Shown here: in pieces, positions 49,289 to 61,813 of the stretch
How positions within the stretch are numbered: position 1 is the stretch's first letter
Layout of the letters: each line of letters begins with the position of its first letter
Source: Lama guanicoe
Lineage: Eukaryota
Reading direction: 5' to 3'
DNA: 64,000 nt
Assembly: GCA_013239625.1 (NCBI GenBank)
Contig: MU054738.1
Span: 7,163,855 to 7,227,854, forward strand
Position numbers and translations under genes: made by a program
The notes under the pieces: model-generated
What the model was told of the DNA's origin: nothing
The model's input: only the letters and a program-made list of their open reading frames with translations
Databases searched by the model: none

Positions 49289-52200
49289 CACACGCCCCCC
49301 TGTACACTGTGCTCCTCTCTGGTCACTGACATCGCACGCCCTCGTCTACCCTGCGCATCCTCTCTGGGCACTGACATCCCACGCCCTCGTCTACCCTGCG
49401 CATCCTCTCTGGGCACTGACATCCCACGCCCTCGTCTACCCTGCGCATCCTCTCTGGGCACTGACATCCCACGCCCTCGTCTACCCTGCGCATCCTCTCT
49501 GGGCACTGACATCCCACGCCCTCGTCTACCCTGCGCATCCTCTCTGGGCACTGACATCCCACGCCCTCGTCTACCCTGCGCATCCTCTCTGGGCACTGAC
49601 ATCCCACGCCCTCGTCTACCCTGCGCATCCTCTCTGGGCACTGACATCCCACGCCCTCGTCTACCCTGCGCATCCTCTCTGGGCACTGACATCCCACGCC
49701 CTCGTCTACCCTGCGCATCCTCTCTGGGCACTGACATCCCACGCCCTCGTCTACCCTGCGCATCCTCTCTGGGCACTGACATCCCACGCCCTCGTCTACC
49801 CTGCGCATCCTCTCTGGGCACTGACATCCCACGCCCTCGTCTACCCTGCGCATCCTCTCTGGGCACTGACATCCCACGCCCTCGTCTACCCTGCGCATCC
49901 TCTCTGGGCACTGACATCCCACGCCCTCGTCTACCCTGCGCATCCTCTCTGGTCACTGACATCCCACGCCCTCGTCTACACTGTGCATCCTCTCTGGGTC
50001 ACTGACATCCCACGCCCTTGTCTACACTGCGCATCCTCTCTGGTCACTGACATCCGCGCCCTCGTCTACACTGTGCATCCTCCCTGGTCACTGACATCGC
50101 ACGCCCTCGTCTACACTGGGCATCCTCTCTGGTCACTGACATCCGCGCCCTCGTCTACACTGTGCATCCTCCCTGGTCACTGACATCGCACGCCCTCGTC
50201 TACACTGGGCATCCTCTCTGGTCACTGACATCCGCGCCCTCGTCTACACTGTGCATCCTCCCTGGTCACTGACATCGCACGCCCTCGTCTACACTGGGCA
50301 TCCTCTCTGGTCACTGACATCCGCGCCCTCGTCTACACTGTGCATCCTCCCTGGTCACTGACATCGCACGCCCTCGTCTACACTGGGCATCCTCTCTGGT
50401 CACTGACATCCGCGCCCTCGTCTACACTGTGCATCCTCCCTGGTCACTGACATCGCACGCCCTCGTCTACACTGGGCATCCTCTCTGGTCACTGACATCC
50501 GCGCCCTCGTCTACACTGTGCATCCTCCCTGGTCACTGACATCGCACGCCCTCGTCTACACTGGGCATCCTCTCTGGTCACTGACATCCGCGCCCTCGTC
50601 TACACTGTGCATCCTCCCTGGTCACTGACATCGCACGCCCTCGTCTACACTGGGCATCCTCTCTGGTCACTGACATCCGCGCCCTCGTCTACACTGTGCA
50701 TCCTCCCTGGTCACTGACATCGCACGCCCTCGTCTACACTGGGCATCCTCTCTGGTCACTGACATCCGCGCCCTCGTCTACACTGTGCATCCTCCCTGGT
50801 CACTGACATCGCACGCCCTCGTCTACACTGGGCATCCTCTCTGGTCACTGACATCCGCGCCCTCGTCTACACTGTGCATCCTCCCTGGTCACTGACATCG
50901 CACGCCCTCGTCTACACTGGGCATCCTCTCTGGTCACTGACATCCGCGCCCTCGTCTACACTGTGCATCCTCCCTGGTCACTGACATCGCACGCCCTCGT
51001 CTACACTGGGCATCCTCTCTGGTCACTGACATCCGCGCCCTCGTCTACACTGTGCATCCTCCCTGGTCACTGACATCGCACGCCCTCGTCTACACTGGGC
51101 ATCCTCTCTGGTCACTGACATCCGCGCCCTCGTCTACACTGTGCATCCTCCCTGGTCACTGACATCGCACGCCCTCGTCTACACTGGGCATCCTCTCTGG
51201 TCACTGACATCCGCGCCCTCGTCTACACTGTGCATCCTCCCTGGTCACTGACATCGCACGCCCTCGTCTACACTGGGCATCCTCTCTGGTCACTGACATC
51301 CGCGCCCTCGTCTACACTGTGCATCCTCCCTGGTCACTGACATCGCACGCCCTCGTCTACACTGGGCATCCTCTCTGGTCACTGACATCCGCGCCCTCGT
51401 CTACACTGTGCATCCTCCCTGGTCACTGACATCGCACGCCCTCGTCTACACTGGGCATCCTCTCTGGTCACTGACATCCGCGCCCTCGTCTACACTGTGC
51501 ATCCTCCCTGGTCACTGACATCGCACGCCCTCGTCTACACTGGGCATCCTCTCTGGTCACTGACATCCGCGCCCTCGTCTACACTGTGCATCCTCCCTGG
51601 TCACTGACATCGCACGCCCTCGTCTACACTGGGCATCCTCTCTGGTCACTGACATCCGCGCCCTCGTCTACACTGTGCATCCTCCCTGGTCACTGACATC
51701 GCACGCCCTCGTCTACACTGGGCATCCTCTCTGGTCACTGACATCCGCGCCCTCGTCTACACTGTGCATCCTCCCTGGTCACTGACATCGCACGCCCTCG
51801 TCTACACTGGGCATCCTCTCTGGTCACTGACATCCGCGCCCTCGTCTACACTGTGCATCCTCCCTGGTCACTGACATCGCACGCCCTCGTCTACACTGGG
51901 CATCCTCTCTGGTCACTGACATCCGCGCCCTCGTCTACACTGTGCATCCTCCCTGGTCACTGACATCGCACGCCCTCGTCTACACTGGGCATCCTCTCTG
52001 GTCACTGACATCCGCGCCCTCGTCTACACTGTGCATCCTCCCTGGTCACTGACATCGCACGCCCTCGTCTACACTGGGCATCCTCTCTGGTCACTGACAT
52101 CCGCGCCCTCGTCTACACTGTGCATCCTCCCTGGTCACTGACATCGCACGCCCTCGTCTACACTGGGCATCCTCTCTGGTCACTGACATCCGCGCCCTCG

Positions 52201-52556
52201 TCTACACTGTGCATCCTCCCTGGTCACTGACATCGCACGCCCTCGTCTACACTGGGCATCCTCTCTGGTCACTGACATCCGCGCCCTCGTCTACACTGTG
52301 CATCCTCCCTGGTCACTGACATCGCACGCCCTCGTCTACACTGGGCATCCTCTCTGGTCACTGACATCCGCGCCCTCGTCTACACTGTGCATCCTCCCTG
52401 GTCACTGACATCGCACGCCCTCGTCTACACTGGGCATCCTCTCTGGTCACTGACATCCGCGCCCTCGTCTACACTGTGCATCCTCCCTGGTCACTGACAT
52501 CGCACGCCCTCGTCTACACTGGGCATCCTCTCTGGTCACTGACATCCCACGCCCTC
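49289..52556. repeat. Intronic minisatellite (VNTR), ~3.3 kb: 14 x 45-bp monomers, 2 transitional units, then 28 x 89-bp dimers (44+45 bp)
   Basis: Unit gggcactgacatcccacgccctcgtctaccctgcgcatcctctct repeats from 49321 to 49950; dimer register runs 50042 to 52533 (2492 bp = 28 x 89). Confidence 0.97.
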
Positions 52557-52692
52557 CTGTAGTAGCTTGCACACAGCAAATTCAAGTTTGGCTCTTGGGA
52601 GATTTCTGAAATTTTTTTGTTCCTCCAATATTTTCTACCTGTAGTTGGCTGAGTCCATGGATGCAGGACCCGCGGATCTGGGGGCTGAGTGT
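52557..52692 (-). mobile_element. MER2/Tigger3-like DNA transposon terminal fragment
   Basis: gcaaattcaagttt..ct.ttgg...tttctg.aattttttt..aatatttt...gttgg.tga.tccatggatgc matches the recalled MER2-family end. Confidence 0.65.
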
Positions 52693-53548
52693 GGCAGCCC
52701 CTGTCGTCCGGACCCATCAGACCAACTCCTGCCCTCTTTGGTGCCGCAGCCACCTGCTCTTAGAGCACATGGTAAACACGTTATGAGAAACGCAGAGGGA
52801 GGGAGACAGAGCGTGTGGTTCCTCAGGCTTAGAGGGATGGGATTTCTACAGCTGCTCGACCTTTCTAGCCAGAGTCTCTACCTTATTTCTCTGCCCAACA
52901 GCGGAAAGCCCGAGGCTGACTTTTCTCTCCCACACTGTCAGCAAAACTGACCCAAAGGGAACTGGCCAGTGCTCACTCTTCTTGTTTAGAGGTCGCACGG
53001 ACGCACCAAGTTTTGACACTTCCTGCTAGAAGGTCTGCCTCCTACGGTTCGCTATCTGGTCGTCAGCCTCGGGAGTTTACTCGAGAGAAAACAGAACGGA
53101 AGAGACAGCCAAGGAATCTCTCAAAAGGTGATTCTGTGACCTGGATTTGTCTCAAAACACATGCTTCTGTTGCCTGCATCACCGCCTTTGCTACTGACGA
53201 CGTGCACTGTCAGAGTGGACGTTCTAAGCGCCTACTTAACAGAGTAAGAAGGCTTTCGGCAAGTCAGACCCCAGGGGACCCTTTCTGTGCGCTCCCGGGG
53301 CGCTCGGGGACAGCCCTGCTCTGTGTGTGTGGCGCCCCGCACGCGTCTCTCCTGCCGGGTGCCGGGTGTCCACGGCAGCGCGGGCTTTGCCTTCTCTGCA
53401 GCGGGACCCGGTGCTGTCCGTCACACGCCGCCCTTCGTATGTGGCTCTTTCGAGTAGAGGTGCATTTGAATAAGTTGTATGTGTTAACATCCTCTTAGCC
53501 ATAGATTGTCATGGCTGTTACCACTTCATTTGGGAAGCAGCTCCTGAC

Positions 53549-53627
53549 GGGGCGGGCGCAGCTCATCGGGAAGAGCACGCTTAGCACCCATGAGGCCCTG
53601 GGCTCCACCCCCAGTGCCTCCACTAAA
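53549..53627 (+). mobile_element. Diverged tRNA-derived SINE (Vic-1-like)
   Basis: ggggcgggcgcagctca...gcttagcacccatgaggccctgggctccacccccagtgcctccactaaa. Confidence 0.7.
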
Positions 53628-54202
53628 CACAGCTGCTGGGGGTCGGCTGATGGTTAGGTCCCCAGGATTGGTGAGATGTGGACCCCGGGGTGGATCCGAC
53701 GGGGACTCCAGGCCTGAGCGGTGGGGGTCTCTGGCAGGGGGGGTGGGACAAGCAGGGGAGGAGGCTGGGAGGCCGGTGTCGGAGTCGGTGCTCCGGGCAC
53801 CAGAGGGAGGGCAGCCGAGGTCCAGCGGGCAGTCGGCGGTCTTTGCGGGGGAGCTGGGTCTTGAGCTGAGCTCTCAATTATGTCTTCAGGAGGGAGAGGA
53901 GCCCTCAGGCCAGCCTGGGGCTGGTTCTACCCAAGGATGCATTAGTAGGACACACGACTGAACCACGACCAGAGGCCGAGCGCCAGCTCAAGACCCCCGG
54001 CAGCCTCCGAGACCCCTGGGCGGCACCATTTGGCCCCAACACTGAATAGTTTGGCTTGCAAAATACACCCATGAGCATACCTGGAGAGCACGTCCACTAT
54101 CTGACGACACGGTTTTTCATTTACAGAACAGTCAAGGGTTTAACACACCAAGAGACCATTAAAAAAGCAAGCAAGCAAGAGAGGAAACACTGAGGTACCC
54201 AC

Positions 54203-54244
54203 CTACTGATTATTAGATACACGCGCCCGCTGACTTTGGCATGG
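54203..54244 (-). CDS. PIEZO2: PIEZO2 alternative cassette exon E18, SHAKVSGRVYLIIS
   Basis: 42 nt, symmetric phase 2; upstream ctaac branch motif, pyrimidine tract and cag acceptor, AG|gtgggt donor; matches the recalled long-isoform peptide SHAKVNGRVYLIIN. Confidence 0.9.
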   Translation of the reverse strand, partial: PCQSQRARVSNNQ

Positions 54245-54584
54245 CTGCGCGTAGACACGGAAGCACAGGGTGGCAGCGGGGGACAGGAGGGAGAGAGAAA
54301 GAGGAGACGGTTAGCCAGAGAGCACGGGCTGGCTGCGCCCTGCCAGCTCGGCAGCACGGCGTCATCAACACATCCCTGCCCCCGAGAGTCCCCGGCAGCG
54401 AGGTTCAGCAGTGACACGACATCAGACAGAGTCAGGAAAGCGCTTGACAGTCCCACGCCTCTCTGTCGACACCCCCTCCCCGGCTCACACGCTCTCAGAC
54501 ACCCTCACGGCTTAAATGTTCAGAGGACGTGGGTCCCGTGAAACACAACCTCAACGATTCATTCCCACACCTCCCCCAGCAGCA

Positions 54585-54614
54585 AAAATAAAATAAAATA
54601 AAATAAAATAAAAT
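54585..54614. repeat. (AAAAT)n simple repeat
   Basis: aaaataaaataaaataaaataaaataaaat. Confidence 0.9.
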
Positions 54615-56550
54615 CCTCTTAAGTATCCAGATTCAACACTTTGTTTTCTTAGGTTTTTCCAAAACTGAGGTTAAAAAAAAGTCATTCTGCTTCTGCACGC
54701 ATCAGAGTCATGCATGAAACCCAGTCTGGACGAAGTGCAGCGGTGGGCATTTAAATAAGCCACAGACAGCTGGGGCCTTGTTACTAAGTCTGTGTCACGT
54801 AAGAATCCCACAGATACTCTCTCAGTTTGTAAGTGAATCGGTGCAGCCTGAAGCGTCGCCGCAGCGCTTCTTTCACTCGGAAGGGCTGAACGCAGTAAAC
54901 TGCTTCCTTCGCAGCCGCCACGCCCCACCCCCCCCACGGAGCGCCCGGGACGCACAGAGCAGGGAGCGCGCGGCCGGCTAGTCACAGGGACCGCGGCACC
55001 GGGGTCCGCGTGAGGCATGAAGCGCATCGGTTCCTCCCGACTTGGGAGCCTCTTTTGGGGAAGCAGCTATGAAGGAGGCGAGAACAGAGAAGGCAGAGAG
55101 GACAGTCGATCCCAACTCTGAAAATCTCCCTCTCTCTGCACCATTTTGACTTGAATGCCGTCATTTACTGGGGTTCTTGGGAATAAAAACACCATCAGGT
55201 GGAAGCTACCAGCAAGAAAAGGACTAACTACAAGAGGAAGATTCCCTGAAAAGACGGGGCACGGGTCAGACGTTCCAGGTTGAAGCTTTGTGGACTTTTA
55301 TGTTAGAACCTTGCAGGAAATCCCACAACATGGGCCTTGAGCGAGTCCCTCCAGCTCCCTGAGCTACTAGCAAACTGACTTCCACAGAACCGGAAATGAA
55401 GCCCCACGGTCCTAGGCCGTCCCGAAGGCCGACGCCCACTCTTGCCTGGTCCTTTATGTCTTCCTGGGGAGGTCACCGTCAAGGGGTGCTCAGACCGCGG
55501 CACCCTCCGCCGTCCCTCCATCTCTGGCCCAGCCCGGGGGACGCGGGCTGGAGCAGTGTGGGAGACGGGGTCCGGGCCTTAACGTGAGCAGTCCTCCTCC
55601 TCCAGAACCCCCCTCCCCCAGTAGCGTCCTGTGTCCTCACAGGGAGCTCTGCTGGGCAAGCTCGTCCTCCCACAGTCCCCTCCCGACCCGGGCAAAGCGC
55701 TGACAGCTCGCTCTCTCGGGAACGGTGCGTGATGAAATGCTACTTCATCTTCTTTGGATGCACACTTTTTTCCCCTTGGGAAATGAGTCTGGGGAGTCCA
55801 CGTAAGCTAAGGGCGCTGGCATAGGACACTCCCTTATTCGCTTCACAAGGGTTTTCCCAGGAGCTGACTCGCTGGCTGTCGCGTGAAGCAGAGAGGAAAG
55901 CCAGCATTAGCGCTCGCTAGACGGGCACTCGTGCATCCCCATGGTGGGCCGACGGAGGGCCGAGTGATCCCCACTGTGGCTTCAACACGCAGGCCAGGGA
56001 GAGCGATGGCCCGTCTGCCACCTGTAAACCATGTGTATTTAGTGACGAGAAGGCAATCACAGGGGCTGGTGAAAGAAAACGCTGCCTTCACGTTCTTCCC
56101 TTACGTGTTATTCCAGTTACTAGCAGACGGAGGAGTGTCTGCCTTCAGCCGAGGCCCTTCCCTTCCAAAATGCAAGGGGATTCTGCAGTGAGCTCTCACT
56201 CACAGGGCTGGTGACTGGCTGCTAGGGCGGCAGAAAACTCATCCTCTGAGTGAGCCGGATTCTATAACTTCTCAAATCAATCACCAGCCTGGACGCAAAA
56301 CGCACATCACCACCCCTGAAGAATCTGAGTCTGCACGGCTGCTCGGAAACCAGCTCGCACGGCAGTCAAGGCCCCCGCGCTAACCACCAGAAACCACTGC
56401 CACTTGCCTCAGAACGTGCCATCGAGTGTCCCACACCTTCCCTCATTTTCCCCCCACGCATGCTCATGGCAAGTTCAGGGCTGAGACGCTAAGTTAGATT
56501 ACTCGTTACCTGCCAGGCAGTGAGAGGCAGGTGCCCCTGCGCGGGCTCAC

Positions 56551-56724
56551 CTGTAGACGGCGCTGTCTTCCTTGCTGGGGATGGACTTCAGGTCCGTGAG
56601 CTCCAGGAAGCGGTCGTGGAAGTAGTGCAGGTGCAAGATGCAGACCAGCAGGAAGGAGGTGGGGATGAAGATGCGGGTGAAGAGTTCCGCTACCGTGAAC
56701 TGCTTCAGGCCGAGGTCCTCCAGC
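56551..56724 (-). CDS. PIEZO2: PIEZO2 coding exon (~E17), LEDLGLKQFTVAELFTRIFIPTSFLLVCILHLHYFHDRFLELTDLKSIPSKEDSAVY
   Basis: In ORF 56547..56930; cag|G acceptor, AG|gtgagc donor; 174 nt, phase 2->2. Confidence 0.96.
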
Positions 56725-57239
56725 CTGCGAGCAAAGCAAGACAAAGAGCAAGAAGCTTTCTTAGTGGATGAAGACACCCCCCTCACTGTGGCTGGCATCC
56801 CCCGGCCACCCTCAGCCCAGGGTGGCTTTGTCCCCTCCGGCGCAGCTAACCCACCCTGGACAGGGCAGCGTCGGTGGCTGCTTCTCCGTCCTTGCGGACT
56901 CCCGCCTGCCGTCCTCTGGGACCACCCCACGCTGCCCTGCTTGCCCCTTCCCCCTCCAGCTCCTCCTTCTCGGCCGGACCCTGGGTGCTGACGGGCCCGG
57001 GCTCAGCGGGGAGTCTCTCCTCTAGCTGATTCCCCCGCCTCGTCACCTCACCCCACCCGGGGATGCTTGCTCCACCTTCACACCCACGACGCAAACGTGC
57101 AGTTACGGCTTGGGTTTCTCCTGGGGACTCCGCTACACAAACGCCTGCTGGAAACTGGCTGTCCCTCAGGGTCTCACACTGAGTGTCTTCAGGAGAGTCT
57201 TCTCCATTTCCCTGCTTTCCTAAGACAGCTGCGCTGCCC

Positions 57240-58016
57240 CCACGCTGGCTGCTCTGGTACAGCCATCTACCTCGTGTGAGATGCCGAGGTCAGGACGTCT
57301 CCCTGGGTGCTTCGCTTGCCTTTGTGGCTCCACCACTCATGCTTCCTGTAACCTCATCTCTGAATCTGCCCCCTCTGGCTTCTGTCTCGGCCCTCCTGTT
57401 CTAGGTGAAGCACCGCCTTCTCTCACAGGACCCCTGCTGACCAGTCTTGTGTCGACCCCTGCCTCCCCACTCGTCACTGTTCCCTCAGCCAGGCAAGAGT
57501 TCTTCAAAGACTTTTCAAAATGCCACTGCCTATAAGCCATGCACTTCTGGGCGCCTGGCGGGCCCCTCCCACCTCTTCCCTCTCTACGCTTCCCTTGCCA
57601 GGCTCTGGCCTGCCCCAGGGCCTTTGCATTTGCTATTTCCTTTTTCTGGAATGTTCTTCCATTTCCAGCTCCCAAATTTCACACTTTTCTAAAGACAAGC
57701 TCCTCCTTATTCAGGTGGAGTTTAAATGATGCCCCACCTCCTCTGGGAAGCCTGCCCTGACCACTCCATCTACACAGGTCGTGTCCTCTCACTGTTCACG
57801 ACCTGGCCTGTTTCTGTTTCCTTCACAGACGCATCACAGTGATTTCTTTGTACATGAATTGGGTTTTTTTTTTTTTTCGGTTGGTCTTTTGGTCTTCTCT
57901 CCTAGAATATAAACTCCATGGGGCTTAGACTGTCTGTCTTGCTTCTGATTGCATCCTTGGGTGAAGAACAGCGTCCGGCCCACGGGGGGCATTCAAGACT
58001 CACTTGCTGAATTGAT
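57240..58016 (+). mobile_element. LINE-2 3' remnant
   Basis: ccccagggcctttgcatttgct...ggaatgttcttc...cctcctctgggaagcctgccctgacc...agaatataaactccatg...cacttgctgaattga. Confidence 0.7.
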
Positions 58017-58665
58017 GTGAAAGACGTGTGAGTCTCCTTACAAGGGGGACCAGGGGACCTTCCTTTTAAGCTTTCCTCTCAACCACCTCTGGGCATTCGG
58101 CTCTGTGCCCAGCTCTGGCTGGATTCCTAAACAAATCTCACAAACTGACAGAAGCAAATCAGAAAAAGCTAGAGTCCCATCTGCTTCATGCACAGGACAA
58201 GCTTCACCACCACCAGTCCACTGGCACTTTTCCTCCGGCACCGACTACTCCTCAGAATCTCAGCGCCGGCCGCGCCCGTGAGGAGAGGCCCCTGCTCTCC
58301 ATGACGAGCCTGTGGACGAAGAACTGGGCGCCGGCGAGGAGCACACAAGGCAGGGCTGCAGGGACCCGGCCCCTAACACTCGTGGGACACACATGGAACT
58401 GACACCAGACAAGGCCACTTCCTTAACAGGAGGCTGAAGGCTCCCTCTTCAGCCGAGTCTTACTGAGCGCCTGCTGTGCGCCAAGAGCTCAGGGTCAGGT
58501 AGGAGACCCCAGACGGCCAGGACGGGAGTCCTGCCCTGGAGAGGCTGGCAGACCGAGGCAACATCGTGCTCCACTAAAACCTCCCGTAAAGACGTTGTGA
58601 ACAACACGCATCCATGGTTCCCCCTGTTCGTCACTTTCCGCCCGCGGAACACCACAACTGCTTAC

Positions 58666-58814
58666 TTTTCCTTTTTCAATCCAGTCATGTTTTGCCACAG
58701 GCCTGGGAAGTTTTCAAACTGATACGTGTATATAAAAATAAGCACCAGCATCGTGTAGATAACCACGGACATCCAAAAATATTTCAGGATTCGCCTCCAC
58801 CACTCATAGTGCAC
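58666..58814 (-). CDS. PIEZO2: PIEZO2 coding exon (~E16), VHYEWWRRILKYFWMSVVIYTMLVLIFIYTYQFENFPGLWQNMTGLKKEK
   Basis: Translated by hand; cag|GTG acceptor, AA|gtaagc donor; 149 nt, phase 0->2. Confidence 0.96.
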
Positions 58815-59587
58815 CTGTGGATCAGATGTTGAAAAACAAGTTAGAAAAAAAATTGCTTATTGAAGACTCACAAAAATATCCAGCTTCCTCAAGGAAGATG
58901 GGGGATTCTACCTACAAATGTTTGAAAACAAGGTCAAGTTCACTTCTGGTTTTGGAGGTTCTGTTCCTCGTGGATGTGGGTGGACGCGGACTGGAACCGG
59001 TTTCTCCCAGCAGCTGTTAACTGTGTCTTTGGGCAAAGCTGCTGGACCACCCCGAGCTGGTGCCCTCCTTGAGGGTACTTACTTTACAGCCATTTGGAGG
59101 GTGAAGTAACCGTATATGTAAGGCCCCGGTGATCCCTGGCCTACGGGGCTTTCAGGATGTACGGTGGCAGCTGCTGCCACGTGGGTCTTGCCGGGGGAAC
59201 GGCCTCCTTTTTGAAACTCATGCCGTGTGACTACAAAGGTGAAACCGAGGACACGGGAGACATCCCTCTTGACCACAAGCCCGTGGATTTTCACGAGAGA
59301 CCATCTACCCGGAATTTCAGAAAGTATTTCGGAACTTTATTGACTTCAGCTGTGACACTTTCACCTCCACGTGTAACACTCTCTTTCTCATAGTTGGTCT
59401 ATTTGTTCCTTTGGTTGTCTGCAAGGACACTTCACTGTCACATCTGTTTTTATCACCAGGTTCCCTTCCATCTCAGTTAAAATGGAAGCTGTGCAGCGGC
59501 TAACTTGTTTTAATTTAACGTTTTATAAATTCTAGTTCATGCAAACTGCAGCACTTGTCGCATTATACACATGTTTGCATGTGCCCG

Positions 59588-59618
59588 CACACACACACAC
59601 ACACACATACACACACAC
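59588..59618. repeat. (CA)n microsatellite
   Basis: cacacacacacacacacacatacacacacac. Confidence 0.9.
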
Positions 59619-59896
59619 TTGGCTTTCTGATTCCGAAGTCCAAAATACAAATGGACTGAGCACCATGCAGTGTTTTCGATCATTCAGCTACTGTTCTTAA
59701 ATTATTATTCAAAAATACAATCCAGCTATATAGGCTTCTTTTGTTAATTTTTGAAAGACAACTTTTTTTTTTCTGACTTTTTAAGAACCTGGCATTTTAA
59801 AAGAGTGAACGGGTGGAACACAGCCATGTCTCATTTTAGGACCCCTGGTGGGTGATGCTCGGTCTCATCAACTACGTCAGGTGACATGTTCACGAA

Positions 59897-60001
59897 GGGG
59901 GAGGGCGCCGCTCGGGGGCAGAGCCCTGCTTAGTGCGCACAGGTCCTGGGTTCAACCCCCAGTCCCTCCATTAAAAACATTAATTAATTAATAAACCTAA
60001 G
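59897..60001 (+). mobile_element. tRNA-derived SINE (Vic-1-like)
   Basis: gggggaggg...tgcttagtgcgcacaggtcctgggttcaacccccagtccctccattaaaaa...ataaacctaa. Confidence 0.8.
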
Positions 60002-60144
60002 CACCACACCTGCCCCCAGGAAGGAAAACAGATCACAGATGACACGTTCACGAGATTCTGGTAACAGGACCCCATCAGAGGAAGCTCAGGCACACTGCTG
60101 GACAGATGTGAGGACCGAAAGACAGAGGGCCACCGCCCACCCAC

Positions 60145-60428
60145 CTGATACAGGGCCACACAGAACAGGAACAGCACCATGTAGATGATTTTGTACATCA
60201 CGATTTTGCCCTCGAAGCTGACAAAGAAGAACATCCCGCCACAGACGTAGATCCAGTACTTGATGAACACGGCCACCACCAGGTTCCCCAGCACGTTCAT
60301 GACGTCCTGGCCGCCTTCCTCCTCCTCCTCTTCCTCCTCCTGCCTTCTCTCCTGCTTCTCCTCCTTCGTTTCCTCTTCCTCCACCTTCTGCTGGGCCTCC
60401 CCTTCCACCTGGACGTCGTGTTCCTCAT
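60145..60428 (-). CDS. PIEZO2: PIEZO2 coding exon (~E15), DEEHDVQVEGEAQQ...KYWIYVCGGMFFFVSFEGKIVMYKIIYMVLFLFCVALYQ
   Basis: ORF 59980..60408 contains the PIEZO2 peptide; aag|AT acceptor, CAG|gtgggt donor; 284 nt, phase 1->0. Confidence 0.96.
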
Positions 60429-61813
60429 CTTAAAACAGAAGATGGTGCCGTGAAACCGAGCCAGTCCCCCGAACCGAACCTCCCGCTGACCGGGTGTGAC
60501 GTGGGTGTGACACTGAGCGTGTGTCGGACGCGTCACTGCACGATCTGGGTCATTCAGAGTGTTCTCCCGCCCCAGGCAGAATTCACCTAACTCAGCATAG
60601 TCAGTTTCCCTAGCTGTCCTGAACCAGAGTTTCAAAGAAAGACACCTGGTAATATTGCGACACTAATCTTCCTGTAACACCCACTTCACCTCCGATACGC
60701 GATGACAGCCGCAATGACTGCGGGACTGCGGGACGTAGAAAGATACACAGCAACAAACAACACAAATGAAAACTACGACATCAGCTTCGAATTCTGACAG
60801 TCACACGGCTCTGGACGCTCCTGGCCATGTTTTGCTGAATCTGGGTTATGGTGACGATCTTGACCGAAAAGCCTGCTTTGAAAGAACTAAACGGGTAAGA
60901 GTTAAAGCCAAATACGGCTTGATTTAAATTAGGTTTGAAGAGTCACTGTAATTTAACTGAGGCTCAAACAGTTTTGTGCATTGCAATTAAAAGTGTATTT
61001 GGTCTTCCTTCAAAATATGCTAACACGGAGGACTCGTCTTCGTGTTCCCAAGGTGACCTCCAATTTGAATAATTTATTGACGTGACCAGGAGTTCCCAGA
61101 GTGAGGGGAACGCAAGGGAGGTGAGGGGTCAGAGCAGCTCTTGGTCTTACATGGCCTATTCTTCACATAAAGTACCTGGTGAACTGAATCCCTCTGGTCC
61201 TAGAGACGTCCAAACTCAAACAGTCAAGATGTAAACCTTGCAGATTTTAGCGGCTAAAAAACAACTCCGCATGTGGGCCTCAAAGAGAAACTATGAGGAA
61301 AAGATGAGTTGGTCTGTGCTGGCTTTCTCATCCTTACTGGGTTCCTCGTAAAGGCACCAGCCTGGCTTCTGCATTTACAGCCTCCTCTTCTGAGAGAAGT
61401 CTGCCTACCCCACTAACGGCCTCCAAGCCGTTTCACAAACGTAACACTGTATTCATCGGTGTATCAGGGCAGGGATGAGCACTACCCACGCAGCAGGTCT
61501 CAAACTCCAGAGGTGATCACCAAGACATCACCTTCTTTTCCGACTTTGCGGTTGAGTTGTTTTGGAAGAGGAGGAGATGTGGGTCCGTTTCTTGGTCCTA
61601 ACCCTCACTGCAGCCTGACCCTGGAGAACCCAGTGAACATCTCTGAGCTTCCCTAAGTGGGAAGCTCCTGCAGACGCCCTGTGTGTGGGAACTCAGCACC
61701 AGGAACCTCGTCTATCTGCTCACGTAGTGCCTGGCTTCCCTGGGGCAGAGCACAGAGGTGCCGCCATGTCCCAGGGGCCCTTACCTCAGTCATACACCGC
61801 ACATGCCAGTTAC

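Noticed and set aside
49288-49962. 224-aa and 206-aa repetitive ORFs ((MSVPREDAQGRRGRG)n and (MRRVDEGVGCQCPER)n)
   Set aside because: These arise because the 45-bp (3n) minisatellite unit lacks stops. They are intronic with no supporting gene structure.
49321-52556. CRISPR-like regular array
   Set aside because: The units are contiguous tandem copies with no unique spacers, there are no cas genes, and the DNA is mammalian.
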